From an uncultured Acidobacteriota bacterium (GTDB taxonomy: Bacteria; Acidobacteriota; UBA6911), in contig CAWJKZ010000012.1 of NCBI GenBank assembly GCA_963843575.1, forward strand, positions 234,482 through 298,481: a DNA stretch of 64,000 bases, in the 5' to 3' direction. Below are positions 31,256 through 39,740 of this stretch, piece after piece (the first letter of the stretch is position 1; every line of letters starts with the position of its first letter). The notes under the pieces are model-generated. The model was given only the letters and a program-made list of their open reading frames with translations. It made no database searches and was not told where the DNA came from. A program made the position numbers and the translations under genes.

Positions 31256-32329
31256 ATGGAGCTGCGCGTCGACGTCGCCAAGAGATTCGGTCCCTTCGCC
31301 CTCCGCGCGGACTTCACCGCTTCACGGGACAGGATCGGGATTTTTGGCCCATCCGGGAGCGGCAAATCGACCCTGATGGGCCTGATCGCCGGGCTGCAGC
31401 AGCCCGACCGGGGCTTCATTCAGCTGAACGGCGTGACCCTCTTCGACGGGCGGGCCAGCCTCCCGCCCGAACGCAGGCGTGTCGGCGTCATCTTCCAGGA
31501 TCCGCACCTGTTCCCGCACATGACCGTGAAGGGCAACCTGCTCTACGGCCGCAGGCGCTGCGCGCCGGACGATCGAAAGGTCGATTTCGACAGGCTGATC
31601 GACGTCCTGCAGCTCGGCGGCCTGCTCGAACGCGGTGTCAACCGGCTGTCGGGCGGAGAGAAGCAGCGCGTGGCCATCGGACGCACGGTGCTGGCGAATC
31701 CGCGCCTGCTATTGATGGATGAGCCGCTGTCGGCCCTCGACGATAACCTGCGTTTCCAGGTCATGCCCTTCCTGAGAAGCGCTTGCGAAACCTTCGGCAT
31801 CCCATACATCTTCATCTCCCACTCGCTGGTGGAAATGCGCCTGATGAGCGAGCAGGTGGTCGTATTCGACAACGGCGCTCAAACGGCCGTCACCGACGCC
31901 GACAGCCTGGCGCGCAGCCGCATGGGGGAGAGTCCCGTGGGCTATATCAACCTCCTGAGATTGGGACGCCCTTCCCCGGTGGCAGGCCATTTCGCCTATC
32001 CCTGGGGCGACCGGCGGCTGTTGCTCTCCGACGGCACGGAGCGCGGCGACTCGATCGCCGAGCTTTCTTCCAAGGACATCATCCTGTTCAAACAGCACCC
32101 GGAGGCGATCAGCGCGCGCAACCTCCTCGCCTGCACCGTGCGGTCGCTGTTTCACTCCGGCGGCAAGGTCGGGGTCGTGCTAGATTGCGGGGGGAAGGAC
32201 CTGATTGCGGAGATCGTGCCCGACGCCGCACACGAACTGGGCATCGCCGTCGGCGCCATGGTCTATGCCGCCGTCAAGGCCACCGCCTTTCGGCTGCTGC
32301 CTGTTGCACGCGGATCTCCGCGGATTTAA
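31256..32329 (+). CDS. modC: molybdate ABC transporter ATP-binding protein
   Basis: GPSGSGKST, LSGGEKQR, SARN and TOBE domain; last codons come from the repeat. Confidence 0.93.
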   Translation: MELRVDVAKRFGPFALRADFTASRDRIGIFGPSGSGKSTLMGLIAGLQQPDRGFIQLNGVTLFDGRASLPPERRRVGVIFQDPHLFPHMTVKGNLLYGRRRCAPDDRKVDFDRLIDVLQLGGLLERGVNRLSGGEKQRVAIGRTVLANPRLLLMDEPLSALDDNLRFQVMPFLRSACETFGIPYIFISHSLVEMRLMSEQVVVFDNGAQTAVTDADSLARSRMGESPVGYINLLRLGRPSPVAGHFAYPWGDRRLLLSDGTERGDSIAELSSKDIILFKQHPEAISARNLLACTVRSLFHSGGKVGVVLDCGGKDLIAEIVPDAAHELGIAVGAMVYAAVKATAFRLLPVARGSPRI

Positions 32330-32384
32330 TGGATTCAAACGCATCAGCCGCTGATCCGCGTGGATCGACATCCATCCGCGTCCG
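32307..32384. repeat. ACGCGGAT palindromic element
   Basis: CACGCGGATCTCCGCGGAT ... ATCCGCGTGG ... ATCCGCGTCC. Confidence 0.75.
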
Positions 32385-32467
32385 AAAAAAGCAACCGAGT
32401 CACAGAAGGGGAAACCTATGCATCGTGCCGCCTGCCGATTGACGCGGATCCACGCCGGTGTGGGGCC

Positions 32468-32560
32468 TCAGGCGTTGAGGAAGATCTTCCGCTTGTACAT
32501 CCAGTAGGGGATGCTCCACTCCACGGCGAAGAACGCGAGCGCCGCGAACAGACAGTCCTG
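32468..32560 (-). pseudogene. C-terminal remnant of a DUF5009/HGSNAT-like acyltransferase
   Basis: FAVEWSIPYWMYKRKIFLNA* resembles the family's C-terminal YWMYRRKIF motif. Confidence 0.55.
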
Positions 32561-32606
32561 GCAACGATGTTGGTGAGGACCTCACGGGCGGTGATGGTGC
32601 GGTCGC

Positions 32607-32652
32607 TAGATCAGATCAAAAGACGTCCGGGCTGAAGCCCGGACCCACTTGT
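32607..32652 (-). repeat. solo GTGG-foot REP arm
   Basis: exact reverse complement of 28148-28193; followed by a GACGCGGAT array at 32658-32686. Confidence 0.85.
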
Positions 32653-32741
32653 CTTACGGACGCGGATTGACGCGGCTCCACGCGGAAGTACAGAACTTTG
32701 CGGAGGCCGGGATCGTACATGAGATAGGGAGGGCTGTGCCC

Positions 32742-35171
32742 ATGGGTCATTTGATGCAGGACGTCCGGTTTGGGTGCCGTATGCTGTTCAGACACCCGGC
32801 GCTGTCCGTCATCTCGATCTTGACCTTCGGGGTGGGCATCGGGATCACCACGATGGTCTTCAGCATCGTGAACGGCGCCTTCTTCAAGGGTCTCCCCTTC
32901 GAGGCAGGGGACCGGATCGTGGGGCTGGTCAATACCAATCCGTCCCGCGGACAATCCAACCTGCCGGTCAGCGTGCAGGACTACGCCGTCTGGGAGCAGC
33001 GGCAGACGGTGTTCCAGTCCATCGGCCCGTGGTCCGTGGGGCCAATCAACCTCACGTGGCACAACGGCACGCCGGAGCGCTTCGCGGCCGGCATGATGAG
33101 CCCGGGTGCGTTCGACACCCTGCGGGTGCGGCCGCTCCTGGGCAGGACGTTTCGTCCCGGCGACGACCGTCCCGGGGCCGAGCCTTTCATCATCCTCGGC
33201 TACGAGATCTGGCGCGACCGCTTCGGGAAATCCCCGGACGTTCTCGGCAGGGCTATCCGGGCCGGTGGCTCGAAACGGACGGTCGTCGGGGTGATGCCCG
33301 AGGGGTTCGCCTTCCCCAACCGGCAGCAGGTGTGGATACCGCTCGAAGTCAACCCGCTGGCCACCAAACGCGGCGAGGGCCCGGGCTACGCGGTCGTGGC
33401 CCGGCTGAAGGACGGCGCGTCGGTGGGCGAGGCGAAGGCGCAGGCGGCGGCCATCTCGGGGCAGCTCGCCCGGGAGTTCCCCGAAACCAACCGGGAGCTG
33501 GCCGCGACCGTGCGGCCCTTCACGGAGACCTTCCTGGGGCCCGAGATCTACAGCATCCTGTACACGATGTTCGCCGCCGGCGTCGGCGTCCTGCTGATCG
33601 CGTGCGTCAACGTCGCCAACCTCCTGCTGGCCCGGACCTCGCTGCGGATCCGCGAGGTCGCGGTCAGGATGGCGCTGGGGGCGGGGCGCGGCCGGATCAT
33701 CGCGCAGTTCATGGTCGAGGTGGCGCTGCTCGCCGCCGCGGGAGGCGCCGTGGGGTGCGGCCTCGCCTACGCCGGGATGCAGTGGTTCCTGCAGGCGATC
33801 GCCGCATCCCCGCCCCCCTTCTTCATCACGTTCGGACTCGATCACCGGGTCATGGGATGCGTCCTGGCCGCCGTGGCCGGCTCCAGCGTTTTCGCGGGCC
33901 TCATACCGGCGATGAAGGCGACCGGGAAACACACGGGCGAGGCCCTCAAGGACGAGTCGCGCGGCTCCACCGGGCTGCGCATCGGCAGGTTCAGCTCCGC
34001 GCTCGTGGTGGCCGAGGTCGCGGTCTCGTGCGGGCTGCTGATCGGGGCCGGGCTCATGATCAAGAGCGTCGTCCGGCTGAAGACCGTGCGGATGCCGTTC
34101 GCCACGGAGCACGTCTTCACCGCCAGGATCCACCTGCCGCGTGCGCAATACCCCGACGGCGCCGGCTGCGTCCGCTTCTACGAGCAACTGCTCCCCAGGC
34201 TGGCAGGCATCCCGGGGGTGGAGGCGGCGACGCTGTCCGACGGACTCCCCGCGGCCGGCAACGGCATCGTCCCATTCCAGGTCGAGGGGCAGGCGTATGC
34301 GCGGGACAGCGACTACCCCACGGCGCGCGAAGGGGTCGTGACTCCCGGGTACTTCGGGACCTTCCAGACCGAGGTGCGGCGCGGGCGCGAGTTCACCGTG
34401 TTCGACCGCCCGGACAGCCCGTTCGTGGCCGTCATCAACGAGAGCTTCGCGAAGGCGCACTTCCCCGGCGTCGATCCCCTCGGCAGGCGCTTCCGGCTGG
34501 GACGCAACAAGGTGAAGGACCCGTGGCGCACGATCGTCGGACTCGTGCCGGACATGATGATGCAGGGGGTGCAGGACAACGGCCAGAGCGGCTCGGGATA
34601 CTACATCCCCATCGCGCAGAGCGAGGTGACCAACTTCGTCAGCATCGCGTTGAGGACGCGCGGGGAGCCGGCGGAGGCGACACCCGCGGTCCGGGCAGCC
34701 GTGATGTCGCTCGACCCGGATCTCGCCGTCTACGACGTGCTCTCGATGAGGGAAGTGATCGCCCGGGCCACCTGGTTCTACAGGATCTTCGGCACCCTGT
34801 TCACCGCGTTCGGCTGCGTCGCTCTGCTGCTCGCGGTCGCGGGGCTCTATGGCGTGATGTCGTTCTCGGTGACGCAGCGGACCCGCGAGATGGGGATCCG
34901 CGTCGCCCTCGGCGCCGGGGGGAGCGAACTGGTGCGACTCGTCATGGGGCGCGGCGTCGTCCGGCTGTCGATAGGGCTGGCCCTCGGCCTGGGGCTCGGG
35001 TCGGTGGCAAGCCACTTCCTGCAGACGCTCCTGTACCACGTCGACGCGCACGACCCCGGTGTGCTGGCGGCCGTCGCCGCCTCGCTCGCGGTCTCAGGGC
35101 TGCTGGCCAGCTTCATCCCCGCCCGCCGCGTCACCCGCATCGACCCCGTCCAGGCGCTCGCTTCCGAGTGA
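32742..35171 (+). CDS. ADOP-type duplicated ABC permease (MacB/FtsX)
   Basis: LLIACVNVANL, REVAVRMALGA, GLYGVMSFSVTQRTREMGIR, PARR..DP. Confidence 0.93.
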   Translation: MGHLMQDVRFGCRMLFRHPALSVISILTFGVGIGITTMVFSIVNGAFFKGLPFEAGDRIVGLVNTNPSRGQSNLPVSVQDYAVWEQRQTVFQSIGPWSVGPINLTWHNGTPERFAAGMMSPGAFDTLRVRPLLGRTFRPGDDRPGAEPFIILGYEIWRDRFGKSPDVLGRAIRAGGSKRTVVGVMPEGFAFPNRQQVWIPLEVNPLATKRGEGPGYAVVARLKDGASVGEAKAQAAAISGQLAREFPETNRELAATVRPFTETFLGPEIYSILYTMFAAGVGVLLIACVNVANLLLARTSLRIREVAVRMALGAGRGRIIAQFMVEVALLAAAGGAVGCGLAYAGMQWFLQAIAASPPPFFITFGLDHRVMGCVLAAVAGSSVFAGLIPAMKATGKHTGEALKDESRGSTGLRIGRFSSALVVAEVAVSCGLLIGAGLMIKSVVRLKTVRMPFATEHVFTARIHLPRAQYPDGAGCVRFYEQLLPRLAGIPGVEAATLSDGLPAAGNGIVPFQVEGQAYARDSDYPTAREGVVTPGYFGTFQTEVRRGREFTVFDRPDSPFVAVINESFAKAHFPGVDPLGRRFRLGRNKVKDPWRTIVGLVPDMMMQGVQDNGQSGSGYYIPIAQSEVTNFVSIALRTRGEPAEATPAVRAAVMSLDPDLAVYDVLSMREVIARATWFYRIFGTLFTAFGCVALLLAVAGLYGVMSFSVTQRTREMGIRVALGAGGSELVRLVMGRGVVRLSIGLALGLGLGSVASHFLQTLLYHVDAHDPGVLAAVAASLAVSGLLASFIPARRVTRIDPVQALASE

Positions 35172-35180
35172 AGGCAAAAC

Positions 35181-35241
35181 GGGACGCGGATCTGCGCGGA
35201 GGCACGCAGATTTTGACAGGCCGGGCGCGGCCGATCCGCGT
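35181..35241. repeat. ACGCGGAT element, internally deleted
   Basis: GGACGCGGATCTGCGCGGAGGCACGCAGAT..CCGGGCGCGGCCGATCCGCGT. Confidence 0.75.
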
Positions 35242-35253
35242 ACACGTGCGATC

Positions 35254-35282
35254 TTGACATTCATGCAGGCGATGCTAATTAT
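35254..35282 (+). promoter_or_regulatory. sigma-70 promoter upstream of the riboswitch
   Basis: TTGACA 35254-35259 and TGcTAATT -10-like box. Confidence 0.55.
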
Positions 35283-35290
35283 TTTCTGTC

Positions 35291-35355
35291 GGCGGTGGAG
35301 TCCGCCCGGGAGCACCCCGCTCCCAAACCGTCTTCGTAGACCAATGGCTCCTACC
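35291..35355 (+). ncRNA. fluoride riboswitch (crcB motif)
   Basis: GGCGGTGGAGTCCGCC stem, AAACCG, then AATGGCTCCTAC able to pair with GGAG (pseudoknot); sits in the 5' UTR of a transporter. Confidence 0.85.
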
Positions 35356-35384
35356 TTTTCGCCTGGAATGAATCGGAGGAGCGT

Positions 35385-36551
35385 ATGGACGTCTACACGG
35401 GGATGGTGCTTAGCGCGCTCATTTTCCTGGCCAGCCTGATTTCCGTCGAGTTCGGAATTTCCGCGGCAATCGTCGAAATTGTCCTCGGCGTGGCGGCCGG
35501 CAATTTCCTCGGGGTGCAGCAGCTGGATTGGGTCAAGTACATCGCTGGCTTCGGCGGCATCCTTCTCACCTTCCTGGCGGGCGCGGAAGTGGATCGCAGG
35601 GTCATGCGGGAGAAGGCGAGGGAAAGCCTTCTGATCGGCGCCATTTCGTTCCTGGCGCCGTTTATTGGAACCATGTGGGTCTGTCATCATTTCCTGCAGT
35701 GGGATTGGGCTTCGGCGAAACTGGCCGGGATCGCGCTCAGCACGACCTCGCTTGCCGTCGTCTATGCCGTGCTGGTGGAAACCGGGTTGACCGACACGGA
35801 GATCGGCAAGCTCATCATGGCGGCAACATTCGTCACCGATTTCGGTACGGCGCTCGGCCTCTCCCTGCTCTTTCTCTCTCCCAACGTCAACACCCTGTGG
35901 TTCGCGCTGATTTCCACCACCATCATCGTGCTAATGCCCTTGATCGCTCCACGCCTCTTCAAACGCTATGGTGAGCGGGTTATAGAACCGGAAATCAAAC
36001 TGTTATTCCTGGTTCTGCTGGTGCTGATGTTCCTTGCCCAGACCGGGTCCAGCCACGCCATATTGCCCGCATTCGTGCTGGGGCTTGTGCTGTCCCACCT
36101 GTTCCACGGCAACAGGTCCCTGCAGCGCAAGATCCGCGTGGTCGCCTTCGCGTTCGTCACGCCGATCTTCTTCATGAACGGCGGCATGAACATTTCACTG
36201 CGGCTGCTTTGGGCAAATAGCGCCCTCTTCGGGATTCTGCTGGCGGTCAAACTCGCGACGAAGTTCGCGGGGGTATACCCGGTTTCAAGGCTCTTTCTCA
36301 AGCGGGAGGCGGCCTACACGACCCTGCTGATGAGTACGGGGCTGACGATGGGAACCATAAGCTCGCTGTTCGGCTACCAGAATGGAATCATCAACCAGGC
36401 ACAGTTCTCGGTCCTGGTTGCCGTCGTGGTCGCAAGCGCCGTCTTCCCGACCTTCCTTGCCCAGCGCTTCTTCCACCCCCATCACCTGTTCGAATCGCCC
36501 GGCGGGGAGGTCGATCCCGAGATGCTGGAGTCCATGGACAGCGGCGCCTAG
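35385..36551 (+). CDS. cation:proton antiporter (CPA2/Kef-like)
   Basis: about 12 TM, TFLAGAEVD, STTSLAVV, FVTD. Confidence 0.9.
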   Translation: MDVYTGMVLSALIFLASLISVEFGISAAIVEIVLGVAAGNFLGVQQLDWVKYIAGFGGILLTFLAGAEVDRRVMREKARESLLIGAISFLAPFIGTMWVCHHFLQWDWASAKLAGIALSTTSLAVVYAVLVETGLTDTEIGKLIMAATFVTDFGTALGLSLLFLSPNVNTLWFALISTTIIVLMPLIAPRLFKRYGERVIEPEIKLLFLVLLVLMFLAQTGSSHAILPAFVLGLVLSHLFHGNRSLQRKIRVVAFAFVTPIFFMNGGMNISLRLLWANSALFGILLAVKLATKFAGVYPVSRLFLKREAAYTTLLMSTGLTMGTISSLFGYQNGIINQAQFSVLVAVVVASAVFPTFLAQRFFHPHHLFESPGGEVDPEMLESMDSGA

Positions 36552-36571
36552 GCAGCTATCGCGATCAGGCT

Positions 36572-36638
36572 GATCCGCGAGATCCGCGCGCATCCGCGTC
36601 CTGGACGCGGATCAACGCCGATGCACACGGATCCGTGT
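36572..36638. repeat. back-to-back ACGCGGAT arrays
   Basis: ATCCGCGAGATCCGCGCGCATCCGCGTCC TGGACGCGGATCAACGCCGATGCACACGGAT. Confidence 0.75.
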
Positions 36639-36710
36639 CTCCTCAATTTGCTTTACAGGGGTGTCTCGGAAGCCACACGATACGGTCGCATCTCCACGGA
36701 GGAGGCCACG

Positions 36711-38153
36711 ATGAAAACAGACCGACGGGATTTTTTGAAGATTGCCGGCGTTACGGGCACCGGAATGGTGTCGACCCGGATGACCTCACAGGATTCAGCG
36801 CAGAGTAGTAAACGTTCCGGCCCATTCGCACGCACAAAAGAAGTCACCGAACAGCACCACAAGCAGCTCTTCAACATGTGTGGGTATTCGGCTCCCAAGC
36901 TCGACAAGGTGCGGGTGGGGTTCATAGGTCTCGGCAATCGTGGCCCCGTAAATGTCGATGCCATGGCCTATGTCGAGGGCGTCGAAATCAAGGCGCTCTG
37001 TGACAAGAGGACGGTGCGGGTAGAAAACGCGCAGAAGATACTTTCCAAACACGGCTTGCCCCCGGCGAAATCTTATGGTGGCACTGAAGATATATGGAAA
37101 GAGCTGTGCAAGGATCCCGACCTCGACTTGATTTCCGTCGCGGTGCCCAGGGGCCCCCTGCACGCAAGAATGGCGGTGTGCGCGATGGAGAGCGGCAAAC
37201 ATGCGGCCGTCGAGGCGCCGGCCGCAGCGACGCTCGAGGAGGCGTGGCTCCTGGTCGAGACCTCCGAAAGAACAAAGAAGCACTGCATGATGCTGGAGAA
37301 CTGCTGTTACGATTTTTTTGAATTGCTGACGCTCAATATGATCAGGCAGGGCTTTTTTGGGGAACTGATTCATGCCGATGCGGGTTATCTCCACCATCAG
37401 AACAATTTTGTTCCCGTACCGGAAGGTGGGGACATGTGGCGCGTGCGGGAGAGTCAGCATCGCAACTGCAATCTTTACCCTTCCCACGGCATAGGACCGA
37501 TTTGCCAGGCGATGAACATCAATCGGGGAGACAGGTTGGCCCTCATGACGTCGATGGCGTCCAACGACTTCATAATGGGGAAGATGGCTGCGGAGCTGGC
37601 AAAGCGGGACAGCTTCTACAAGGAATTCGACACGAACTCGTATCGCGGCAACATGAATACCTCGATCATCAGGACCCAGAATGGCAAGACCATCATGCTG
37701 CAATACGACATAACCAGCCCTCGCGTCTATTCGCGCATCCACACGATAAGCGGCACGAAGGGAATCCTGCAGAAGTATCCCCTACCGGGCAGGATCTCGC
37801 AGGGAAAGGATGAGTGGTTCAGCGACGAGGAGATGAAGGCATTGACGGAAAAGTACACGCCGGAAATCGTGAAGCGTATGGGCGAACTGGCGAAGGAAAT
37901 CGGCGGGCACGGCGGCATGGATTTCCTGATGAACTGGCGCCTGGCCGATTGCCTGAGGAACGGGATCCCGGTCGAACAGGACGTTTACGATGCAGCCGCC
38001 TGGAGCTCGATAGTCCCGCTGAGCGAATGGTCGGTGGCGAACGGATCGAACTCCATCGCGATACCCGACTTCACCTGCGGATCGTACAAGACCAATACCC
38101 CTCTAGACGTAACCCTGTCCAAGGGAGGCCGCACCGGCGTTCGCTCAATATAG
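36711..38153 (+). CDS. NAD-dependent GH109-like Gfo/Idh/MocA protein (TAT)
   Basis: DRRDFLK, GLGNRG, CMMLENCCY, YPSHGIGP, GHGGMDF, DVYDAAAW. Confidence 0.9.
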   Translation: MKTDRRDFLKIAGVTGTGMVSTRMTSQDSAQSSKRSGPFARTKEVTEQHHKQLFNMCGYSAPKLDKVRVGFIGLGNRGPVNVDAMAYVEGVEIKALCDKRTVRVENAQKILSKHGLPPAKSYGGTEDIWKELCKDPDLDLISVAVPRGPLHARMAVCAMESGKHAAVEAPAAATLEEAWLLVETSERTKKHCMMLENCCYDFFELLTLNMIRQGFFGELIHADAGYLHHQNNFVPVPEGGDMWRVRESQHRNCNLYPSHGIGPICQAMNINRGDRLALMTSMASNDFIMGKMAAELAKRDSFYKEFDTNSYRGNMNTSIIRTQNGKTIMLQYDITSPRVYSRIHTISGTKGILQKYPLPGRISQGKDEWFSDEEMKALTEKYTPEIVKRMGELAKEIGGHGGMDFLMNWRLADCLRNGIPVEQDVYDAAAWSSIVPLSEWSVANGSNSIAIPDFTCGSYKTNTPLDVTLSKGGRTGVRSI

Positions 38154-38253
38154 GGGACGCACCGGGAGAAAGCCAGACAACACAACAATCCGTGGGGATC
38201 CGCGCGCATCCGCGTCCTGAAAAACACGTCAGCGTATTTGTGAACATCAGTAC
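38153..38253. repeat. hybrid element: GGGGACG arm fused to an ACGCGGAT element, spanning stop codon to stop codon
   Basis: starts in TAG 38151-38153 and ends GTCAGCGTATTTGTGAACATCAGTAC against the opposite TAA. Confidence 0.8.
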
Positions 38254-39621
38254 TTAGGGCTTGCCGGCGAGTTCCTTCAGCAGCACGTACCAATGTTCCA
38301 GGGCGGCGTGGAAGGAGCGGACGGGAATGCGCTCGTTGAGCCCGTGCGAGAAATCGTCGCTGTCCTTCAGGAATAGCCCGCTCACGCCGTAGGTGGGGAT
38401 GCCGGCGGCCCGGCAGACTGAGCCGTCGGTGGCATACGTCGCCATGTCGGGAACCAGCGGCACGCCCGGGTAGCTTGCGTGCACGGCCTTTGCGACTGCC
38501 GCCATCACGTCGGGACGAATGGGGGATGCCCCGCTCGGCTGGGGGTTGCCCAGGGCACGCACTTCGATCTTCGCCCCGACGACTCGCTGGAGAGTCGCTC
38601 TTACCTCCTCGGCGCTCATGCCCGGGAAGATCCGGCAGTTCACGGTGGCGGTCGCGGACTGCGGCAGGGCATTGTCCGCGTGACCCCCTACGAGCCGGGT
38701 TGCCACGCAGGTCGTGCGGGTCTTGCCGACGTTCTGAGGGCTGGCGGCGAGGATGTCGGCGGCGGCCTGGTCGTGCGGATCGGCGGCGAACCGCCCCATA
38801 GCCCGGCCCAGTTCGCCGGGCGTCGCGGATGCGGCCCCCTTCAGTGAGCCGAGGGTCCACTCGTTCCACATTACGGGGAATCGGAAGGCCTGCAGGGCCT
38901 TCAGCGCGTCCGCGAGGTCGTAGATGGCATTGTCGACGCGCGGCTGCGCGCTGTGGCCGCCGGGATTGCGGGCGGTGAGGTCGAAGCTCGCGTAAGATTT
39001 CTCCGCCCCCTGCACGTAGTAGACCTGCGGCTTGCCGGTGTTTTCGTCCAGCGAACCGCCGCCGCCATCGCCATTGAGGGCGAACTCGGCGTCGACGAGG
39101 TCGCGATGGTTCGTGACGGCGTCGCGCACCGTCGTCATCCCGGTTTCCTCGTCGCCGGTAAAGAGCAGGACGAGGTCCCGGGTGGGCACGAAGCCTTCGG
39201 CCTTCAGCCGCAGGAAAGCCACGGTGATCGCGGTCAAGTCTGCCTTGTTGTCCGCAGTGCCGCGGCCGAAGAAGTATCCGTGTTCCTCGACCAGCGTGAA
39301 AGGATCGCGATCCCAGTCCTCCGGCTTCGCCGTGACGACATCCATGTGGGCGAGCACCAGGATTGGCCTGGTGCCGGTGCCGGCACCGCGGTAGCGCACG
39401 ACCAGCGAAGCGGTCTCACCGAGGGGGAGGATGTGCACGTCGTCAGCCGGGAAGCCCCCCTCCCTGAATTCGCCGGCCAGATACCCGGCAATCGCAGGCA
39501 CCTCCCGCTCCCCCACCACGGTCCGGAAAATGGGGACGGACCCGGAGAAAGCCAGACAGCACAACAACATAGCTCGAAATCCAGGCCGAAAAGGGGCCTT
39601 ATCTGCGATTTTTAGGGTCAT
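38254..39621 (-). CDS. M20/M25/M40 metallopeptidase; N-terminus encoded by a repeat element
   Basis: AHMDVV, RGTADNK, GDEE, SHGLNE motifs. Confidence 0.85.
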   Translation of the reverse strand: MTLKIADKAPFRPGFRAMLLCCLAFSGSVPIFRTVVGEREVPAIAGYLAGEFREGGFPADDVHILPLGETASLVVRYRGAGTGTRPILVLAHMDVVTAKPEDWDRDPFTLVEEHGYFFGRGTADNKADLTAITVAFLRLKAEGFVPTRDLVLLFTGDEETGMTTVRDAVTNHRDLVDAEFALNGDGGGGSLDENTGKPQVYYVQGAEKSYASFDLTARNPGGHSAQPRVDNAIYDLADALKALQAFRFPVMWNEWTLGSLKGAASATPGELGRAMGRFAADPHDQAAADILAASPQNVGKTRTTCVATRLVGGHADNALPQSATATVNCRIFPGMSAEEVRATLQRVVGAKIEVRALGNPQPSGASPIRPDVMAAVAKAVHASYPGVPLVPDMATYATDGSVCRAAGIPTYGVSGLFLKDSDDFSHGLNERIPVRSFHAALEHWYVLLKELAGKP

Positions 39622-39687
39622 TTTCTTGAGTTAAGCAGAAATACGCTGACGTTTCCAGGACGCAGATTAGCGCGGATGCACGCGGAA
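39532..39687 (+). repeat. GGGGACGGACC arm joined to an ACGCGGAT element
   Basis: 33/36 match to 38153-38188; GGCCTTAT.TGCG.TTTTTAGGG shared with 3887-3908; AAATACGCTGACGTTTCCAGGACGCAGAT follows. Confidence 0.8.
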
Positions 39688-39740
39688 AGGGCTCACGCAA
39701 GAATACTTTCCTAATTATCTGAATTCACGTGCGGACCTGA

